Source of the DNA: Thainema sp.
GTDB lineage: Bacteria > Cyanobacteriota > Cyanobacteriia > Phormidesmidales > Phormidesmidaceae
Assembly: GCA_052168235.1 (NCBI GenBank)
Contig: JBQLZK010000001.1
Coordinates: forward strand, 64,001-128,000
Reading direction: 5' to 3'
Length of the DNA stretch: 64,000 nucleotides
In this document: piece after piece, positions 31,154 to 41,881 of the stretch
How positions within the stretch are numbered: position 1 is the stretch's first letter
How the letters are laid out: each line of letters opens with the position of its first letter
The notes under the pieces: model-generated
The model's input: only the letters and a program-made list of their open reading frames with translations
Database searches by the model: none
Told to the model about the DNA's origin: nothing
Program-made: the position numbers and the translations under genes

Positions 31154-33349
31154 TTAACGTGGCTGACGACTGAGCAGATCAATAATCGCCGCATAATCTT
31201 TATCAGGATGATGTCCTTCGGCTTGTCCGCGTCGCGCGTAGTCGAGGGCATCATCAAACTCGTCATCGTGAGTCCGCTGAAAGGGATTGGCCCCAGCACT
31301 AAGCAATCGCTCTACGATATCCAGATCGCCTCTATAGGCTGCTTCTGCAATTGGCGTAAACCCAGTTCGCCATCCCAGGTTGACATCTGCACCGGCCTGA
31401 ATCAAACGATCAACAACAGCTACATTCCCGCAACCTGCTGCCGCAACCAAGGCACTGCCATCGCTGTAATTCAGGTTTGCACCTGCTTGCAATAGTTCTT
31501 CTACTTTTGCCAGATTACCGTGACTGGCGGCCTCAACCAAGGCCACATCATTGAGACCCTCTTCAGATGCACCTGCCTGACGAAGTAACTGTTGGACAGC
31601 CCAAGTCCCCATCATCAAGGCTGTATTGCCTTCATTATCTCGCAGATTAACATCCGTACCCGCATCAATCAGTGCTTTGACGGCATCGACGTTTTCTCCT
31701 GCAATGATCAGCGCAGTTTGGCCCTTATCATTTTGGGCATTCACATCGGCTCCATGCTCAACCAGCAGCCGAATCACTGCAGCTCGGTTAGAAGCAAAGA
31801 AACTGCTGGCAATATACATCAAGGCCGTTTGGCCTTCATCAAACTCTTCATCACCACGCAAGTTTGGATCGGCTCCAGCATCCAGAAGTGTAGTCATCAC
31901 CTCTTTGTGGCCGTACATCGCGGCCAGCATCAGCGGACTTTTACCGGATTTGGTAATGACATTGGGATCGGCTCCGTCTGCCAGCAGTTGCTGCACCTTG
32001 GCCAGTTTCCCGAACAGCGCCGCATCGCCGAGCTGTTCTGCCTGCTTGTTAGCTTCACGGGCTTTCCGCTTGATGGCGTTAGCCATCTCCTTTTGACCAT
32101 GCTTATCGGCATAGCGACGAGTCTCTTCATCAACAAGATGATAGAGATAATCGTAAACCGCTTGGTGTGCGCCCCGAGCAGCACTCATGATGGCCGTTTC
32201 TCCTTGGCTCCAGGCATTGATATCAGCACCATGCTCTACTAAGGCTGTCACCATGTCCAAGCGACCGTACAGGGCCGCCTGCATAATCGCCCGATAGTCA
32301 TCTTCCATACCGGCGTCTGGATTTGCGCCTGCCTCCAGCAACAGTTGCAAAATGGGTAGATTATCTTTGATGATTGCGACTGCCAAGCCAGTTTCTTCGA
32401 GCGTGCCTCCTTCTGGAGAAGCTCCAGCATCCAACAGCAGTTTGACCAGATCTGAGCGATTTTGCTGAATTGCCATGCCTAAAGGCCGAGCATTAACCGA
32501 CCAGTCCAGTAAATCTAGATTGGCTCCGGCAGTAATCAGGGTTTGAATGATCTCCGGCTGGCCTCGGTAAACGGCTGCCACTAGAGGAACTGCTGTATCC
32601 CAACCGCTAGGATTCAGCTCTGTACCTGCTTCTATAAAATGTTTAACCTGAGCTAAATCATCTTGAAGAATGGCTCGAATCAAGGGTGATGCATTTTCTT
32701 CATCGTATTCAACGGCATCCTCGTCATATTCATCGGATTCATCATCCTCGTCTTCGAAATAGTCAGAATCATCGCCCATCATCTGAGCCACACCAGCCTG
32801 GGCCACTGCACCTGCAAACTGTAGCCAACCATGTCCTGCATTTGATTCCTGACGGAGAGTGTACTCATCGACCATTTGAGCCACTGTCAACAGGTCTGCA
32901 AAGATGACCTGTGCCGCGCCATGCTGTTGCTCGAAATCTTGCACAGTTGTCAGATGCTGCTCCAAAAGCGTAACCGCACTGAGTCCGGGAAACGACATGC
33001 GAAAGAGCTGCTGTTCGTCGTAGACATTCTGGACAATTTGTGTGGTGGTCGTTGTCAAAAAGCTGTCGTCTGCGAATTTAGCAACACAATCAATCCCGCT
33101 CAAACCGGATTCTGTCGCCATCACTGAAACAACAATGCAATGATCCGATGTGGCATAGGCGTAAATCTCGATCCGGTCAAATTGAGAGCAGGTTAATTTT
33201 CCTAAATACGTTAGACCTTGATCAAGGAGAAGTTGCCCAACCTGGCGAACGCTGGCATGTGCGGATGCCGGTAACGCTTCGTATTCAGTACCAAAATAGT
33301 TTCCGGCTTGACCGCTGTAGAGTAGGGGAATCGGCTGGTCTGCACTCAT
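31154..33349 (-). CDS. Ankyrin-repeat protein with unknown N-terminal domain and acidic linker
   Basis: More than 12 ankyrin-like repeats (G.TAL..A...G....V..LL..GADVN); DDSDYFEDEDDESDEYDED tract. Confidence 0.9.
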   Translation of the reverse strand: MSADQPIPLLYSGQAGNYFGTEYEALPASAHASVRQVGQLLLDQGLTYLGKLTCSQFDRIEIYAYATSDHCIVVSVMATESGLSGIDCVAKFADDSFLTTTTTQIVQNVYDEQQLFRMSFPGLSAVTLLEQHLTTVQDFEQQHGAAQVIFADLLTVAQMVDEYTLRQESNAGHGWLQFAGAVAQAGVAQMMGDDSDYFEDEDDESDEYDEDAVEYDEENASPLIRAILQDDLAQVKHFIEAGTELNPSGWDTAVPLVAAVYRGQPEIIQTLITAGANLDLLDWSVNARPLGMAIQQNRSDLVKLLLDAGASPEGGTLEETGLAVAIIKDNLPILQLLLEAGANPDAGMEDDYRAIMQAALYGRLDMVTALVEHGADINAWSQGETAIMSAARGAHQAVYDYLYHLVDEETRRYADKHGQKEMANAIKRKAREANKQAEQLGDAALFGKLAKVQQLLADGADPNVITKSGKSPLMLAAMYGHKEVMTTLLDAGADPNLRGDEEFDEGQTALMYIASSFFASNRAAVIRLLVEHGADVNAQNDKGQTALIIAGENVDAVKALIDAGTDVNLRDNEGNTALMMGTWAVQQLLRQAGASEEGLNDVALVEAASHGNLAKVEELLQAGANLNYSDGSALVAAAGCGNVAVVDRLIQAGADVNLGWRTGFTPIAEAAYRGDLDIVERLLSAGANPFQRTHDDEFDDALDYARRGQAEGHHPDKDYAAIIDLLSRQPR

Positions 33350-33796
33350 GAAAAACCTTTGAACGACAACTGGAACAAATTGTTTGTCCTAGAGTGCCCG
33401 AAATCGTCTATGGACTCATACCAGCTTTATGAAGTAGTGCTATGGTTCAGGAATACAGTAGACAACTAGACAACGACAGTAAATAGCGGCAGTAGACAAC
33501 TACAATAGACAATGCCGCAATAGAGCAGCAATTAGCTCAGCATGCTTATCATGTCCTGCAATTTAGGATAGACTTCGTTGCTACGAAATATTTTTGGCTG
33601 AACGATTACAATGGCGGCGGATTAATCCAGCAAAGCAGTTTATATCAGTCTCTCCATTCAGTTGTTTCTGTTAAGAAAGTTGACACAAATAGACTCCAAA
33701 TCTGAAAAAGCGGAAGAGGTCTTCTAGGCATCTTTCTATTTTGGGATTGAGTTTTATTGGTTCGTTATTGATGACAAACATTTACATATTGATCAA

Positions 33797-34642
33797 ATGG
33801 CTATGATTGACTCGACGCGATTAACGCGATCGCGCTTTTTGCGACAAACATGTTTAGGATTGAGTGCCCTGCTGTTGGTCACGGCCTGCGGTGGTGGCGG
33901 CACTGATACGGCGAGTGGAGACGGCGCAGCCTCAGCCGACGGTGCCCAAACACTGACCGTTGCCACTGAACCTGCGTTTCCACCGTTTGAAGCTCAGGCC
34001 GCAGATGGTAGCCTAGAGGGTTTTGATATTGACCTGATGACGGCGATTGGCGAACAAGCGGGTTATGAAGTCGAATTTGAGAGCTTGCCCTTTGACGGCA
34101 TTATTCCGGCACTGCAAGCGGGTACGGTAGATGCAGCGATTAGCGGCATGACGATCACTGCTGAACGGGAAGAAAATGTTGATTTTACCGATCCGTACTT
34201 TCAGGCTGGACTTGCGATCGCAACTCGCAAGGATGAAGGTACGGTGCAGTCGTTTGAAGATCTAGAAAACAAGCGCATCGCCGTTCAAATTGGTACCACA
34301 GGCGCAGAAAAGGCGAATGAAGTATCGGGTGCAGAAGTCAGCACCTTTGATTCGGCTCCACTGGCCCTCCAGGAACTCCGAAACGGCAATGTTGATGCCG
34401 TGATCAACGATGCCCCGGTAACGCTCTATGCCATCAAAGAGGGCAACTTGGATGATCTGGAAGTGGTGGGTGAACAACTGACATCGGAGTATTACGGCAT
34501 CGCCTTGCCGACAGGTTCCGAGGATCTAGAGGCGATTAATCAGGCTTTAGATGAGATCATCGCCAACGGCACGTACGCGGAGATCTATCAAAAGTGGTTT
34601 GGCACTGAACCGCCTGAGCTACCGGAAAACTACACGCCATAG
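33797..34642 (+). CDS. Polar/basic amino-acid ABC transporter substrate-binding lipoprotein
   Basis: VTAC lipobox, EPAFPPFE, GFDIDL, SGMTITAER, VQIGTTG. Confidence 0.92.
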   Translation: MAMIDSTRLTRSRFLRQTCLGLSALLLVTACGGGGTDTASGDGAASADGAQTLTVATEPAFPPFEAQAADGSLEGFDIDLMTAIGEQAGYEVEFESLPFDGIIPALQAGTVDAAISGMTITAEREENVDFTDPYFQAGLAIATRKDEGTVQSFEDLENKRIAVQIGTTGAEKANEVSGAEVSTFDSAPLALQELRNGNVDAVINDAPVTLYAIKEGNLDDLEVVGEQLTSEYYGIALPTGSEDLEAINQALDEIIANGTYAEIYQKWFGTEPPELPENYTP

Positions 34643-34680
34643 GTTGTGTTCAGAATGCTCGGTTCTTAACTCGATTTGAT

Positions 34681-34813
34681 TAGGAGTTATGCAATTTAGC
34701 CTAGCCAACGCTACTGATAGAGTTATGATCCCCCCTGCCCCCCTTAATAAGGGGGGTGGCGATAGCCGGGGGGAGCCTGCAAGCTGTAAAACTTGTCAAG
34801 TGCGTAAGTCCTA
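34681..34813. mobile_element. MITE-like element (TAGGA.TTA.GCA ends) with CCCCCTTAATAAGGGGG core
   Basis: TIR TAGGAGTTATGCA...TGCGTAAGTCCTA (11/13 match), lying between the binding-protein and permease genes. Confidence 0.75.
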
Positions 34814-34845
34814 CTGATGTCATTCACTTAAATGGAGCCTGTATT

Positions 34846-35598
34846 GTGCTGATTCTTGGAGCAATTGATCTAGCACGGTCAATGGAGATTATCGCCGCTG
34901 CTCTTCCCAACCTGCTGCGCGGGGCGCTGATCACGGTTGAGCTAACGGCCCTAGCCGTTCTATTCGGTCTCGTTTTTGGATCGCTGATTGGTGTTGCTCG
35001 CCTGTCACCGATTCTGCCCCTGCGCTGGTTGACACGGGTTTATGTTGACTTCTTTCGCGGAACGCCACTGCTGGTGCAGATTTTCATGATTTACTTTGGC
35101 ATCCCGTCCCTGGCTGGGGGATTGGATCTAGAGTTTCGCTATCCCAATCGGCTGCTGCCTGCCGTTCTCGCCCTGTCGCTCAATGCCGCAGCCTACATTG
35201 CCGAAATTGTGCGGGGTGGTATTCAGTCGATTGAACTGGGGCAACAAGAAGCTTCTCAGTCGCTGGGTCTGGGTTCGGCGCAAACCATGTGGTACATCAT
35301 TTTCCCGCAAGCCTTTCGCCGCATGATTCCGCCGCTGGGTAATGAGTTTATTACCCTGATGAAAGATACGAGTCTGGTTGCTGTGATCGGCGTCGAAGAA
35401 TTGTTCCGTCGAGGTCAGCTCATCTATGCCAATAACTATGCCGTGTTCCAGATTTTGATTGCGGTTGCCGCGATGTATTTGGTGCTGACGCTGTTGTCGT
35501 CTCAGCTCTTTAGCTTCTTAGAACGCTGGATGGACCCGGTGAATAAGGCCAAACGTCGATCTTCAACGGCTGAATTGGCTCAAGAACCTACCGTTTAG
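34846..35598 (+). CDS. Amino-acid ABC transporter permease
   Basis: FRGTPLLVQIF, AAYIAEIVRGGI, GQQEASQSLG, IIFPQAFRR, KDTSL. Start moved to GTG 34846 after GGAG. Confidence 0.9.
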   Translation: MLILGAIDLARSMEIIAAALPNLLRGALITVELTALAVLFGLVFGSLIGVARLSPILPLRWLTRVYVDFFRGTPLLVQIFMIYFGIPSLAGGLDLEFRYPNRLLPAVLALSLNAAAYIAEIVRGGIQSIELGQQEASQSLGLGSAQTMWYIIFPQAFRRMIPPLGNEFITLMKDTSLVAVIGVEELFRRGQLIYANNYAVFQILIAVAAMYLVLTLLSSQLFSFLERWMDPVNKAKRRSSTAELAQEPTV

Positions 35599-35651
35599 GA
35601 ATTCACAATTGCATTTCTAGACAGAGCATCCTATAGGGGCCCAAACATCCC

Positions 35652-35679
35652 GTAGGGGCGAATGGCCATTCGCCCCTAC
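35652..35679. repeat. GTAG-type REP palindrome
   Basis: GTAGGGGCGAATGGCCATTCGCCCCTAC, a perfect palindrome between convergent genes. Confidence 0.85.
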
Positions 35680-35706
35680 AAAGGTTTAAACGCCTCTACC
35701 ACATTT

Positions 35707-37815
35707 TTAGGATGTTAGCGCTGTGTCAACCCACTGTTTAATCAGCGAGACGACTTCTTCAACGGGTACATCCTGCGATTCGTGATCGGCGCGCTTCACG
35801 ACTTCTACCTTGCCGTCTTTCAGTGAACGACCTGTGACAATCCGGAAGGGAATGCCCACCAGATCGGCATCTTTGAACTTGACTCCGGCTCGCTCATCCC
35901 GATCATCCAGCAGTGTTTCTACACCCGCCGCATTTAGCTCATTGTAGATTTGCTCGGCAGTCTTCATTTGATTTTCGTCGCTGATGTTGGGGACGACAAC
36001 AACGGCATGATAAGGCGCGATCGCAACTGGCCAAATAATCCCATCTTTATCGTAGGATTGCTCGACAGCGGCCTGTGCGAGACGGGATACACCAACACCG
36101 TAGCAGCCCATGACCAGCGGCTTCTCTTCACCCTGCTCATTGGTGTAAGTTGCGCCCATTGCCTCAGAGTATTTGGTGCCCAACTGGAAGATGTGACCGA
36201 TCTCGATGCCCCGTGCGGTTTGCAACGTTTGGCTTTGGTCATGCACCGCGCGATCGCCTGCTGCGGCTTTCCGCACGTCTACTACGTTGTCAGGCAGTGT
36301 AAACTGAGCGCCCCAGTTGGCCCCAACCACGTGACTATCCGTTTCGTTTGATCCAGTGGCAAAATCCTTCAGGTCAACAGCGGTTTCGTCCACTAAGCGA
36401 AGAAATTTTATTTGTGCTTCTCCCCTATTATTCAGCGTTTGCAGTTGCGCAAGCTGTCTCAACAGACCCTTCTCTCCGGTCAGTACTGAATCTTTAGTTA
36501 ATTCTTCTTCTGAGTTTGGTAGATTTCGAGATCGCTGTATGGCTGTTCCCCAAGCTTCGATAGCAGTATTAAGGTTTGAAAGGTCTTTGTCTTCCGGGAT
36601 GAATTTTCTCAAACTGTTGGCTTTGCCTTGTTCTTCCAAGTCAAAAACCTTTTTCAAGTCTTCCGCAGTCTCTAACTTTATCTTGGGATCAAAGTACAAA
36701 GTCCAATCCAACTCAGGCGACAAATATCCATTTGGTAAAGGCTCTAGATCCTCTGACTGTTGAGCATCCCAATGCTGAGCATCCACACTCAAAGCTTCTG
36801 TTTTTAAAACGGTGACACTACCTTCTATACCTGGATGCTGCAAAGCAGAAATCAGTTTATTCTGAAGTTTGACTTCGTTTACCTCTTGATCACCACGAAT
36901 ACTGACTAGAACAATTGCTCGAAGCTTTATATAAAAAGGACTTTGAAGATATTGAATATCATACAGAACGTTTTTGACAACGTTGGTCGGCGAACAGTTC
37001 AGATGCTCACAAAGGGTTGCGATCGTCGGTGTATTCGGCGTGTCTAGCTTTTCGTACTTCTTAAACGGCGAGGATTCAGCATCGGCAGGTAGCGATACAG
37101 CACGCTCAACGTTGGCAGCGTACTGGCCATCTTCGGTGTAGAGCACCTCGTCTTCACCCGCTTCTGCCAGCACCATAAACTCCTGGGATTTGGCACCTCC
37201 GATCGCACCGGAATCGGCTTCTACTGCGCGAAACGCCAAGCCCGTTCGCCGCAAAATGTTGCAGTAGGCTGTATACATCTTCTGATACGACTCTTCCAGC
37301 CCTGCCTCATCGGCATCAAACGAGTAGGCATCCTTCATGATGAACTCGCGTCCCCGCATCAGACCAAAGCGAGGCCGAATTTCGTCGCGGAACTTGGTTT
37401 GAATTTGGTAGAGATTCTGCGGCAACTGACGATAGGAGCGAATCATCTCCTTGGCAATCGTCGTAATTACCTCTTCATGGGTCGGCCCCAAACCCAGCTC
37501 TCGCTGCTGACGGTCGGTGATGGCAAACATAATGCCTTCGGCTTGGGTGTAGGTATCCCAGCGACCGGACTCGCGCCACAGCTCGGCAGGCTGAATTTGC
37601 GGCAGCAGACACTCCTGCGCTCCGGCTGCGTCCATTTCTTCTCGGACAATCTTTGATACTTTTTTGAGCACGCGCCACATCAGCGGCAGATAGGAATACA
37701 CCCCGCTACCAATCCGCCGAATATAGCCTGCCCGTACCAGCAGCTTATGACTCGGAATCTCCGCCTCGGCTGGATCTTCCCGCAATGTGACAAAAAGCAT
37801 CTGAGACAATCGCAT
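35707..37815 (-). CDS. proS: Prolyl-tRNA synthetase (bacterial type) with extra insertion in editing domain
   Basis: MRLSQMLF start, [55 protein letters not shown]; 702 aa. Confidence 0.97.
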   Translation of the reverse strand: MRLSQMLFVTLREDPAEAEIPSHKLLVRAGYIRRIGSGVYSYLPLMWRVLKKVSKIVREEMDAAGAQECLLPQIQPAELWRESGRWDTYTQAEGIMFAITDRQQRELGLGPTHEEVITTIAKEMIRSYRQLPQNLYQIQTKFRDEIRPRFGLMRGREFIMKDAYSFDADEAGLEESYQKMYTAYCNILRRTGLAFRAVEADSGAIGGAKSQEFMVLAEAGEDEVLYTEDGQYAANVERAVSLPADAESSPFKKYEKLDTPNTPTIATLCEHLNCSPTNVVKNVLYDIQYLQSPFYIKLRAIVLVSIRGDQEVNEVKLQNKLISALQHPGIEGSVTVLKTEALSVDAQHWDAQQSEDLEPLPNGYLSPELDWTLYFDPKIKLETAEDLKKVFDLEEQGKANSLRKFIPEDKDLSNLNTAIEAWGTAIQRSRNLPNSEEELTKDSVLTGEKGLLRQLAQLQTLNNRGEAQIKFLRLVDETAVDLKDFATGSNETDSHVVGANWGAQFTLPDNVVDVRKAAAGDRAVHDQSQTLQTARGIEIGHIFQLGTKYSEAMGATYTNEQGEEKPLVMGCYGVGVSRLAQAAVEQSYDKDGIIWPVAIAPYHAVVVVPNISDENQMKTAEQIYNELNAAGVETLLDDRDERAGVKFKDADLVGIPFRIVTGRSLKDGKVEVVKRADHESQDVPVEEVVSLIKQWVDTALTS

Positions 37816-37981
37816 GGGCGCGTTTCCCTCTCTCAACCCTACTGAATAGTTACACACCAGTTAAGTCTACATGTTCCAGCGCGATGCAACATAGATACGG
37901 ATTGGCTAACAGGTTACAAATGAGATCATCGCCAGCGTATCTTGGATGGTGTGCGTAAAAAGTGCGATCGCACATCAGAAG

Positions 37982-40147
37982 TCAGGGTTTTACATCCCGT
38001 ATTCTCCATTCTGACCTGCCAACCACCGCAAATTGCCGCCAGTGGATGCCGGCCAGTATCGTTGTGAGGCCACCCATCAAACTCAGAGGAATGACAAACA
38101 TCGCCACTTCAGGGGGCAGTCCTAAAATATTGACATCGCTTAATGACGCAGGTACCAACCCGATACCAATCGCCAGCGATAAGCAGGGAAACAGCAGGCA
38201 ACTGACGCTGCCAATGGAACCAAACCAAAACCGGCTTTTTTGCCGCTTGGCGAGCAACAACACCTGGCTTGCCATTGCAGCAAAGAAAACGGAACCTATG
38301 AACATTAAAGTACTGCCCACCAGTCCGAAAAGGTCGAGTTTGTCATTTAGAAAATGCCGATAACAGAGCATAAACCAAGCGGCGAAGAGGGTTGCCATCA
38401 GTAACAGATTGAGGCCTATACCTATGATTGGGGAGCTGGTATCGCCGACGAGTAAATCTCGCCACAGCGGTAGCCGACCTTCGTGGGTCATGCGGGCGGT
38501 GCGAAATCTGGCCCAGTCTTGCAAAGTCTGGCGATCGCAGCTAAGGCTCGGCACTAATAGCAAGCTATAGAGCAAACACAAGATGGCAATCAATGACAGC
38601 AGCGGCAACAAGTCATACCCCTCAACTTGGGTCTCCGACAACCCTAAGACGATGAACATAAACAGAGCAGTCAGCCAATAGCTATATCGTCGAGCCAGTA
38701 AAGACTTTGTAGGGTGTTCAAACCGCCGCTGTAGAGCATGACCTAGCAACACACACCAGCCACAGGCATGCAACACCGTCAATAGGGTGTATTCCACAAA
38801 ATTGACCCGAAAGATGCTCAGGGGCAGGTTAAGACCATTCGAATGGATCAGACTGTCTACATCAATGAAATAGCATGCACTTCCCAGAGGCGAGAACAAA
38901 ACAGCCCAGTCCAGCGGTGTGGACGGCATAGGTATATTGCTATCCCACCTTGCTAGCGAAAAAACTCCTACCAGAAACTGAAAACTCAAGCCCCCAGCCG
39001 CTGCTAGCCAAGGTATTAGGGACATTAACATCGGTGCTCTGGTGGCCAACCCCAACAGCAACGCTGCTACATACAGAATAATCGTTTGGCTCAGCAAGGC
39101 AATGTTAAAGCCAATCAAGTAAAATCCATTGAACCCTGCAGAGAGTCCCGCATAGATTTGAAATGGCACCATAGCCGCGATCGCAAGATACAGACAAATC
39201 GGTACGCCTGCTAGTTTGCCACCCAAAATAGTCAGGGCCGAACGGGGACTCATACGCAAGAAATTCAGCGTACCCCGCCGTTGTTCTTCCACCAAGTTGT
39301 TAGTCAATAGAAAGATGCCAAAGCCCATCAAGCACAAGGTCATCAATCCCGACAGGGTAATGAAGATGTTTTGGTACCACTGAGGCCAGTCAATTTGATA
39401 AGACAATTTATCTGTCGACAATTGACACCGTTGCTCGTCAGTATCGCCTATTAAACAGTAGTCAACCCGTTTATTTGATATGGCGATGCGGGATACTTGC
39501 ACCGTAAACTGTCCTCGATCAGGACGATAGAGTGTCAGCTCAACAGTGGAGTGAATCAGCGGCAGGGTTTCTGTTGATAACTGTTGGTGCTCAGTCCCCC
39601 GAATTAGGTTCGCTACATTTTCTTCGTGAACCGGACGGTAATCCCCTTGCCAATCAGAGGCTGGGTTTCCAGTGATCTCGGCTATGGTTGCTTTTTCCAA
39701 TTGTTCTATGGGCACACCATTTAAGGCTACCAAGCGATCCCCGACCTGTAACTGCTGCAAAGCAAACTGCCCTGCCTCATAATCGCCCCGTGCCACTGCT
39801 GGAGCCGCAATATTCTCGATGAAAAGTCCTCTTTGCCTACTAACCGTTCGCTCTGACCAGTTAGTAGGCATCACTTTCTCGTACACCTCATCAGGTAAAC
39901 GCACTGCTGGAGACAAATTAATCTGTGGATAGGTGGTCAACTCTAAATCCGCTGGATCGACTCCGGGCAGCGCATTAATGAAGCAAAACAGCACAATGAC
40001 CTGTACCAGCAATGACAACCCGATCGCTGTCAAAACTGAAAATCTTCTTAAGCGGCCTTTGAGTTCTCGGAGTAGTTGCGGATTCCAGTCTCCTAGGCGA
40101 TCAAGGACAGACGTTGTGAGGGTACCGATGGATCTAAACGTCAGCAT
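37982..40147 (-). CDS. ABC-2-type permease with PDZ-like extracytoplasmic insert
   Basis: DWNPQLLRELKGR, EEQRRGTLNFLRMSP...GKLAGVP and multiple TM segments; insert contains LQVGDRLVALNG. Confidence 0.8.
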   Translation of the reverse strand: MLTFRSIGTLTTSVLDRLGDWNPQLLRELKGRLRRFSVLTAIGLSLLVQVIVLFCFINALPGVDPADLELTTYPQINLSPAVRLPDEVYEKVMPTNWSERTVSRQRGLFIENIAAPAVARGDYEAGQFALQQLQVGDRLVALNGVPIEQLEKATIAEITGNPASDWQGDYRPVHEENVANLIRGTEHQQLSTETLPLIHSTVELTLYRPDRGQFTVQVSRIAISNKRVDYCLIGDTDEQRCQLSTDKLSYQIDWPQWYQNIFITLSGLMTLCLMGFGIFLLTNNLVEEQRRGTLNFLRMSPRSALTILGGKLAGVPICLYLAIAAMVPFQIYAGLSAGFNGFYLIGFNIALLSQTIILYVAALLLGLATRAPMLMSLIPWLAAAGGLSFQFLVGVFSLARWDSNIPMPSTPLDWAVLFSPLGSACYFIDVDSLIHSNGLNLPLSIFRVNFVEYTLLTVLHACGWCVLLGHALQRRFEHPTKSLLARRYSYWLTALFMFIVLGLSETQVEGYDLLPLLSLIAILCLLYSLLLVPSLSCDRQTLQDWARFRTARMTHEGRLPLWRDLLVGDTSSPIIGIGLNLLLMATLFAAWFMLCYRHFLNDKLDLFGLVGSTLMFIGSVFFAAMASQVLLLAKRQKSRFWFGSIGSVSCLLFPCLSLAIGIGLVPASLSDVNILGLPPEVAMFVIPLSLMGGLTTILAGIHWRQFAVVGRSEWRIRDVKP

Positions 40148-40160
40148 AACTATCTCCAAG

Positions 40161-40236
40161 ATGGATGGGTGACAGTGGAAGAGATGGGTGGATGGGTAGT
40201 GGGTAGATGGGTAGACGGGTAGATGAGTAGGTAGGG
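40161..40236. repeat. Short tandem repeats (GGGTAGAT-type octamer)
   Basis: gatgggtg gatgggta gtgggta gatgggta gacgggta gatgagta. Confidence 0.75.
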
Positions 40237-40320
40237 CAGTTTCGAGTTAGGGGATGGATACTTTTATTTCAAACATACCCCTAACCAGAATGCTGGGACA
40301 GCAGGCAATTTCGCATCTGA

Positions 40321-41271
40321 TTAAGTTGCTTGGGTATGACCAATTTTGCAGAAAATATCCTCCAGGCTTTCCCGAAATTGATGGAATTCATAAAGGGGAA
40401 TGTTGGCATTAATCAGCGATCGCAACAGGTCGGCGGCATCATCAGAATTTCCTACAAACTGAATTGTGATCTGATTAGCTACAGGATCAGCCGCAATTTC
40501 TGAAACCAGTGAGCAGTGAGCTAATTCAGCGCGTAAATCCTGTAGACTGCCGCGAGTACCGATAATGATTTTTGACTGGCTGAGCCGCTGATAGAGTGTT
40601 TCTAACGGAGCGCATTCCACCAAGTAGCCAAATTCTAGAATGCCGATCGCGGTACAGAGTTCTGCCAAATCGCTGAGCACATGGGAGGAAATCAAAATGG
40701 TCATGCCTAGACTATGAAGATTGCGCATGACCTGGCGAAATGTTTGCCGGGCAATGGGATCAAGCCCCGATACTGGCTCATCCAGCAGCAAAATCGACGG
40801 CATGTGAATTACCGTTCTGGCCAGTCCGAGTCGCTGCTTCATGCCCCGCGAAAGCGTTGTAATCAAACTCTCGCGTTTGTGCCCAAGATCGACCAACTCC
40901 AAAACCTGCTGAATGCTACGCACTCGCCGTTGCCCTTTCAGGTGATACAGCCGTGCAAAGTAATCTAAATAGTCCCAAACGGTCAGGTCTTCGTATAGCG
41001 GAAAATCATCGGGTAAGTAGCCGATTTGTCGCTTTAAGTCTGCCTGCGGACGACTGGGATCTAATCGCTCGCCCTGGAGTAGGATATCGCCAATAGTAGG
41101 GGATTCGGCGATCGCTAATAGGCGAATGAGGGTCGTTTTGCCAGCGCCGTTTGGCCCGATCAGACCAAATACAGCACCAGACTCAATTTCCAGGTCAATG
41201 TCTCGCAAAACAATTTGGTGATCAAATCGCTTGGTTAGCCGCTGTGTCTGAATAGCAAGGGAAGTATTCAT
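40321..41271 (-). CDS. ABC transporter ATP-binding protein
   Basis: GPNGAGKTT, LSRGMKQR, LLLDEP, SSHVL. Start at ATG 41271; the longer ORF runs through a repeat element. Confidence 0.93.
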   Translation of the reverse strand: MNTSLAIQTQRLTKRFDHQIVLRDIDLEIESGAVFGLIGPNGAGKTTLIRLLAIAESPTIGDILLQGERLDPSRPQADLKRQIGYLPDDFPLYEDLTVWDYLDYFARLYHLKGQRRVRSIQQVLELVDLGHKRESLITTLSRGMKQRLGLARTVIHMPSILLLDEPVSGLDPIARQTFRQVMRNLHSLGMTILISSHVLSDLAELCTAIGILEFGYLVECAPLETLYQRLSQSKIIIGTRGSLQDLRAELAHCSLVSEIAADPVANQITIQFVGNSDDAADLLRSLINANIPLYEFHQFRESLEDIFCKIGHTQAT

Positions 41272-41335
41272 AGTATGAGTAGTATTTATACACAGTAGGC
41301 ACGGACGAATGCAGCCTCTTGAGCCTGGCCTGCAA

Positions 41336-41446
41336 CTCATATCAAGTCCGTGTGTGAGAACCCATTGTTTATTTTTTATGAAATGCTGGCTAAGCCAGCA
41401 TTTCATAAAAAATAAACAATGGGTTTTTAACCGGATTTCATATCAG
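41336..41446. mobile_element. MITE-like hairpin element
   Basis: TIR CTCATATCAAGTCCG...CGGATTTCATATCAG; perfect 32-bp stem (41359-41390/41394-41425) with TAA loop. Confidence 0.75.
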
Positions 41447-41881
41447 TCACTGATTCGCTAATTGACAGAAAAAACTCGTGTTAATCAAGGTGCGCTCTCT
41501 GAATATCAACTTGAGTTGCCATTAATCCAGCTTGCTCGCCTGATCAACATCCTTGATCCGTGAAACGACTAGTAGAGTACCCAAAATGATTCCATTAATT
41601 ATATCCGCGATCAACCGTTGTCTGGGTTGGTAGGTCTGCTGGGTGAAACGTCATCTCTTAAGGCTTTAGGAAAAGCAGCCAAAAGAAATTAGCTTGACGG
41701 TTATGCTCAAAGCCGCTGCCGCTGCAACCCATTAGGCCGAAGTCGAATTTCATCACAGAGTAATGGCTATGAAAGATTGCGTGCGTGGACAATTTGGCAT
41801 CAACAGTGACAAAGTCCAAGCCGTTGGCTACCAGAAAAAAGATGCGATCGCACTTTTCTTTGATGCAATCCCACCACTCAT

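Noticed and set aside
31592..32242. Long antisense ORFs within the ankyrin gene (and similar ones in the RTX genes)
   Set aside because: Shadow frames caused by codon bias of the real gene on the opposite strand.
33456..33536. CRISPR array
   Set aside because: Units are short, degenerate and lack unique spacers; no cas genes in the window.
36409..36705. Intein or intron in proS
   Set aside because: No N-terminal Cys/Ser splicing block, no HN-C/S/T junction, no LAGLIDADG; the frame is continuous with no intron hallmarks.
41272..41406. N-terminal extension of the ABC ATPase (similarly 34756-34845 of the permease)
   Set aside because: The extensions are read through MITE-like DNA; downstream starts give normal proteins.
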